From a virus (Duplodnaviria > Caudoviricetes), in IMG/VR virus record IMGVR_UViG_3300034073_001486, positions 1-59,356 of that record: DNA of 59,356 nt, one strand, 5' to 3'. The notes below the pieces were generated by a model, which did not search any database, was not told the origin of the DNA, and was given only the letters and a program-made list of their open reading frames with translations. The translations under genes and the position numbers were made by a program. Positions 56,495-59,356 of this stretch are shown in pieces (position 1 is the first letter of the stretch; each line of letters starts with the position of its first letter).

Positions 56495-57627
56495 GGCGCA
56501 CCTCCGTCAATGTCATCGGGCAGAAGCGGTGACCGCCACCCGTAGGCGTCCCACACCACCTTGTCGGCGTCCATCGTCGGGGCAACGGAATCATTTTCCA
56601 TCGCTAACCGCAGATCCCGCTGATACATGGCAAACGCTTTGTCTGGGCTCTTGTCTCTGATCCTCGCCAGCCAGTACTCGCACGCACTGAGCATGGCGTT
56701 GTGCATGCCGGTCGGCATGTCGACCGGATCAGTAATCACGTACTTCACGCCGGCGTAAGACAGTGCCGCGTCGATGGTCGCCGTGGAGGTGTTGGCAATG
56801 GCCGTAATCCGAGCCTCGGCGGCGTACGGGTTCATCGACCCATATGAGTCTGGGTGGTTGGCAGCGGTGCCGATTCGCAGCACCGAACCGACCATGTCAG
56901 ACGAGAAAGACGTTCCGCTGCCGGAAACGGAGGTGCCTGAGACCGTGATCGTCCCGGCCCGAGCTGGCGTCTCATGGCCCGAGAGCCGCAACAGCCTAGG
57001 TGATCGACGATATGTGAAGTCCAAGGCTTCAACCTTGATCGGGTAGCCCAAGACCTGGATGGCGTACCCCATGGAGTCCGGGTCTTTGCGGACGGTCCAG
57101 TAAGCCGGCGGGCCGGCGATGTCATCCGCCCGCTCCATCTTCATGGCGTGGTCCTGGCTCACGTACTGAAAGCCGGTCCAAGACGACTCGTCGATGGGCG
57201 GGTCTAGGTTCCGGAAGTCTGCCGGCAGCGGGTAGACCGAACGATACAGGCGAGCCGACACGGCTTCGTCGATGTCGTCCGAGAGCTTCAGCGTGGCGTC
57301 TAGTACCAGAGTGGTATCACTGGCCCGCGTCAGAATCTTGCAGACGATATCCCCGATCCGGACATGGAACCGAGTGGCGTCCAGCGGGAACGCATCCCCC
57401 GTAACCTTGGTCAGCGTGCGGGTGCCAGAGTTGTAGGTGACCGTCCCAATCCAATCGTCCTGGAAGATGATCCGGCCGTGGGTGTGGTAGTACTGCCAGT
57501 CACGCATCCATGCCAGCTCTTGGTAAGCTCGCTGAACGGCCGTGCGAATGTCTCGCTGCTCGGCGTCTTGGGGCCCGCCGAACGAGGATGTGATCAGGTG
57601 TTCGACGGCGTCTTGGTAGGTCAGCAT
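56491..57627 (-). CDS. Head-tail adaptor / tail tubular protein
   Basis: AVQRAYQEL...W, YPLPADF, GPPAYW motifs. Confidence 0.7.
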   Translation of the reverse strand: MLTYQDAVEHLITSSFGGPQDAEQRDIRTAVQRAYQELAWMRDWQYYHTHGRIIFQDDWIGTVTYNSGTRTLTKVTGDAFPLDATRFHVRIGDIVCKILTRASDTTLVLDATLKLSDDIDEAVSARLYRSVYPLPADFRNLDPPIDESSWTGFQYVSQDHAMKMERADDIAGPPAYWTVRKDPDSMGYAIQVLGYPIKVEALDFTYRRSPRLLRLSGHETPARAGTITVSGTSVSGSGTSFSSDMVGSVLRIGTAANHPDSYGSMNPYAAEARITAIANTSTATIDAALSYAGVKYVITDPVDMPTGMHNAMLSACEYWLARIRDKSPDKAFAMYQRDLRLAMENDSVAPTMDADKVVWDAYGWRSPLLPDDIDGGAP

Positions 57628-57702
57628 GGAGGGCTCCTACTGATTAATGCCCCCAGCGGAAGACCTGCGTTTTACGGCCGAAATACCTTACCTGACGGCA
57701 GT

Positions 57703-57738
57703 AGGGCCGTTCGCGATTCGCGAATCCCGAACGGCTCT
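57703..57738. other. 36-bp imperfect palindrome centred on TCGCGA
   Basis: agggccgttcgcgattcg|cgaatcccgaacggctct, 16 of 18 positions complementary. Confidence 0.75.
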
Positions 57739-57740
57739 CT

Positions 57741-57989
57741 CTAAGGTGTGTAGGGTACTTCCGGCGGCTTGTAGGAGATGTGTTCCCACTGGTACTTCTT
57801 TTCACCATCCTTGGCATAGCACTTCAGTTCGTAGGTGTGCTGGCCGAAAAGCGTGCGTAACTCGCCGTCCACCAGGACATTCACCATGTCCTTCGCGTCG
57901 GGAATCATGAGGAAGCGGGGCATAGACAAGTCCCGAGTCTGCCCATCTAGCGGGCCGCCGACCACCGGCACCTTTTCGTATTCGCCCAT
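57741..57989 (-). CDS. Hypothetical protein (GGPLDG motif)
   Basis: AGGAG RBS, TGATG coupling. Confidence 0.6.
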   Translation of the reverse strand: MGEYEKVPVVGGPLDGQTRDLSMPRFLMIPDAKDMVNVLVDGELRTLFGQHTYELKCYAKDGEKKYQWEHISYKPPEVPYTP

Positions 57990-58153
57990 CACTTGACTCC
58001 TAGCAGTCTCATCGCCGCAACGTAGTAGACGCCGAAAATGACCTTGGCGACGAACCACCAGACTCGCCAAGACAGGACGATAGCAGCGAGGCCAGCCCCA
58101 ACGGCGTAGGTGAGCCACCACGGATTCGACGGGCCGGTCAGGTAGAACGTCAT
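57989..58153 (-). CDS. Small membrane protein
   Basis: GGAGGTG RBS; hydrophobic. Confidence 0.55.
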   Translation of the reverse strand: MTFYLTGPSNPWWLTYAVGAGLAAIVLSWRVWWFVAKVIFGVYYVAAMRLLGVK

Positions 58154-58584
58154 CACTTCACCTCCGGCGGCTCGGGTAGCGGCATCCAGTGCGAAGCGGG
58201 ATCCCAATGCGTTGGGCCTCGTTCGCCGTAGCGATCACGCATTATGGGTTTTCCGGGCAAGTTGCGTTCGTCGCCGTCCCAGCAACCGACATCAACATCT
58301 ATCCAGTATTCCTCAATGTCGTCAATAAAGCATGTGTACAAGACGGGTTCATTGATTGGCGGCAGCCGCTCGCTCACGGGAATCCAGCGAAAACGATCCG
58401 CCGCGTTGAGGGCATCGCAGATGACCTTTGCATCGTCTTCCCAGATGCACTCGCAAACGCCTTCGTACTTTTCCTTGTAGTGCTGGTCGTCCATCATCAC
58501 GGGCTGCGTCATGTCCACCACCGTGCTGTCGAAGCAACAGTGGCATGACTCCGACCCGGCCACAACTTTGTATCGGTCAGCCAT
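58153..58584 (-). CDS. DUF551-domain protein
   Basis: RWIPVSERLP...SHWMPLPEPP. Confidence 0.75.
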   Translation of the reverse strand: MADRYKVVAGSESCHCCFDSTVVDMTQPVMMDDQHYKEKYEGVCECIWEDDAKVICDALNAADRFRWIPVSERLPPINEPVLYTCFIDDIEEYWIDVDVGCWDGDERNLPGKPIMRDRYGERGPTHWDPASHWMPLPEPPEVK

Positions 58585-58801
58585 CGGTCGGCACCTCCTG
58601 CTGTCTCGCCCGCAGCATCGCGTCGGCCACTTCATAGGCTTCCGCCGCGTAGGAGTCGCAACTCTTGCCGTTCTGGAATCCAGCCAGCAGACCAGTCAGT
58701 GCCGCCGCCGCGAACTGGTCGCGGAGCCGCTGGCGTACTTCGGCCTTCATTTCAGCCTCAAGCCGCTCCGGTGATGTCAGAATGTCTTTCAGTGTCGCCA
58801 T
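58577..58801 (-). CDS. LRDxFAA...ADAML family protein (paralog of 27617..27838)
   Basis: LRDQFAAAALTGLLA...AYEVADAMLRAR. Confidence 0.7.
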   Translation of the reverse strand: MATLKDILTSPERLEAEMKAEVRQRLRDQFAAAALTGLLAGFQNGKSCDSYAAEAYEVADAMLRARQQEVPTDG

Positions 58802-58989
58802 GTCCCTACGCTCCGTCTGTGATGCCACTGGGGCGGCCCACTCGTCGCCTGTCGGTTTGTGTCCCGCCGCGCACGTCTCGCCCCAGCCCACCGTCAGCGT
58901 CATGACCAGTGTGTGGCGCACGGTCGGCTGACGGCGAGCAAAGTGTTTTGGAAGAAATCATTGTACGTTTTTCTTGCTGTCACACCTTG

Positions 58990-59208
58990 TCACACCAGCA
59001 ACTCAATCAACTCATGCGGCAGTTGCTCGCGCAAGTCCTCCAGCTCATGTCGCGCCTGAGCTTCTAGTTCGCCGTATTTCAGCCTCGCCCGGATCGCCTC
59101 GCGGATGCCCTCCAGTGCGATGAGCGCCTCGCGGCCCGCGAGAGCGTAGCGGTGTTCGCGTTCGTCGTCGGGGTCGGAAAGGTCAAAGCGGAGAATCGCG
59201 GTCGCCAT
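58990..59208 (-). CDS. Conserved small phage protein
   Basis: AILRFDL..PDD......A......AL......IR..LKY pattern. Confidence 0.65.
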   Translation of the reverse strand: MATAILRFDLSDPDDEREHRYALAGREALIALEGIREAIRARLKYGELEAQARHELEDLREQLPHELIELLV

Positions 59209-59356
59209 TAGTTGTCACTTTTCGTCAGGTTGTGTGCAGCCAGATCGTATGGGAAAAACGATCATATTCGATGTGTTTCTCGTATGAGTTGGGCCGGTGC
59301 CGCCGCGCGTGGCGGGTTATCAGTCCGCTGCAACGACGGCACCGGCTGCATGTCAG

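Noticed and set aside
59209-59356. Direct circular join of the window ends
   Set aside because: No terminal overlap, and the truncated ORF at 1-231 does not continue plausibly into the end sequence

Overview
The window is most of the genome of a GC-rich (~60%+) tailed dsDNA phage with podovirus-like architecture; both ends fall in small accessory genes and I could not join them into a circle. Minus strand, in transcription order: small accessory genes (59.2-57.7 kb); tail adaptor, split nozzle, collagen-like fibre and large ejection/internal proteins (57.6-43.7 kb); exonuclease, ERF, SSB and a split SF2 helicase (42.5-39 kb); nucleases and peptidases (39-33.8 kb); membrane proteins with S8 and C1 proteases, then a sigma-70-type factor (33.8-29.4 kb); head-region genes, scaffold, major capsid and decoration protein (20.5-13.8 kb); glycosyltransferase, terminases and portal (12.5-6.9 kb); tail fibres (6.4-0.6 kb). 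Plus strand: an early block of about 25 small genes ending in a serine recombinase (22.1-29.7 kb), and a tyrosine recombinase (42.9-43.7 kb) next to a tRNA-Arg 5' remnant. I recognised no DNA polymerase, primase, repressor, peptidoglycan endolysin, CRISPR array or intact tRNA. A Planctomycetota host is my inference from the gene repertoire and is not shown by the sequence. Best leads: a 14-nt coding gap with matched codons in the helicase; a possible protease-based lysis cassette; two structured non-coding RNA candidates; and a peptide motif shared by head-region proteins. All family assignments come from motifs recognised by eye, not from database searches.
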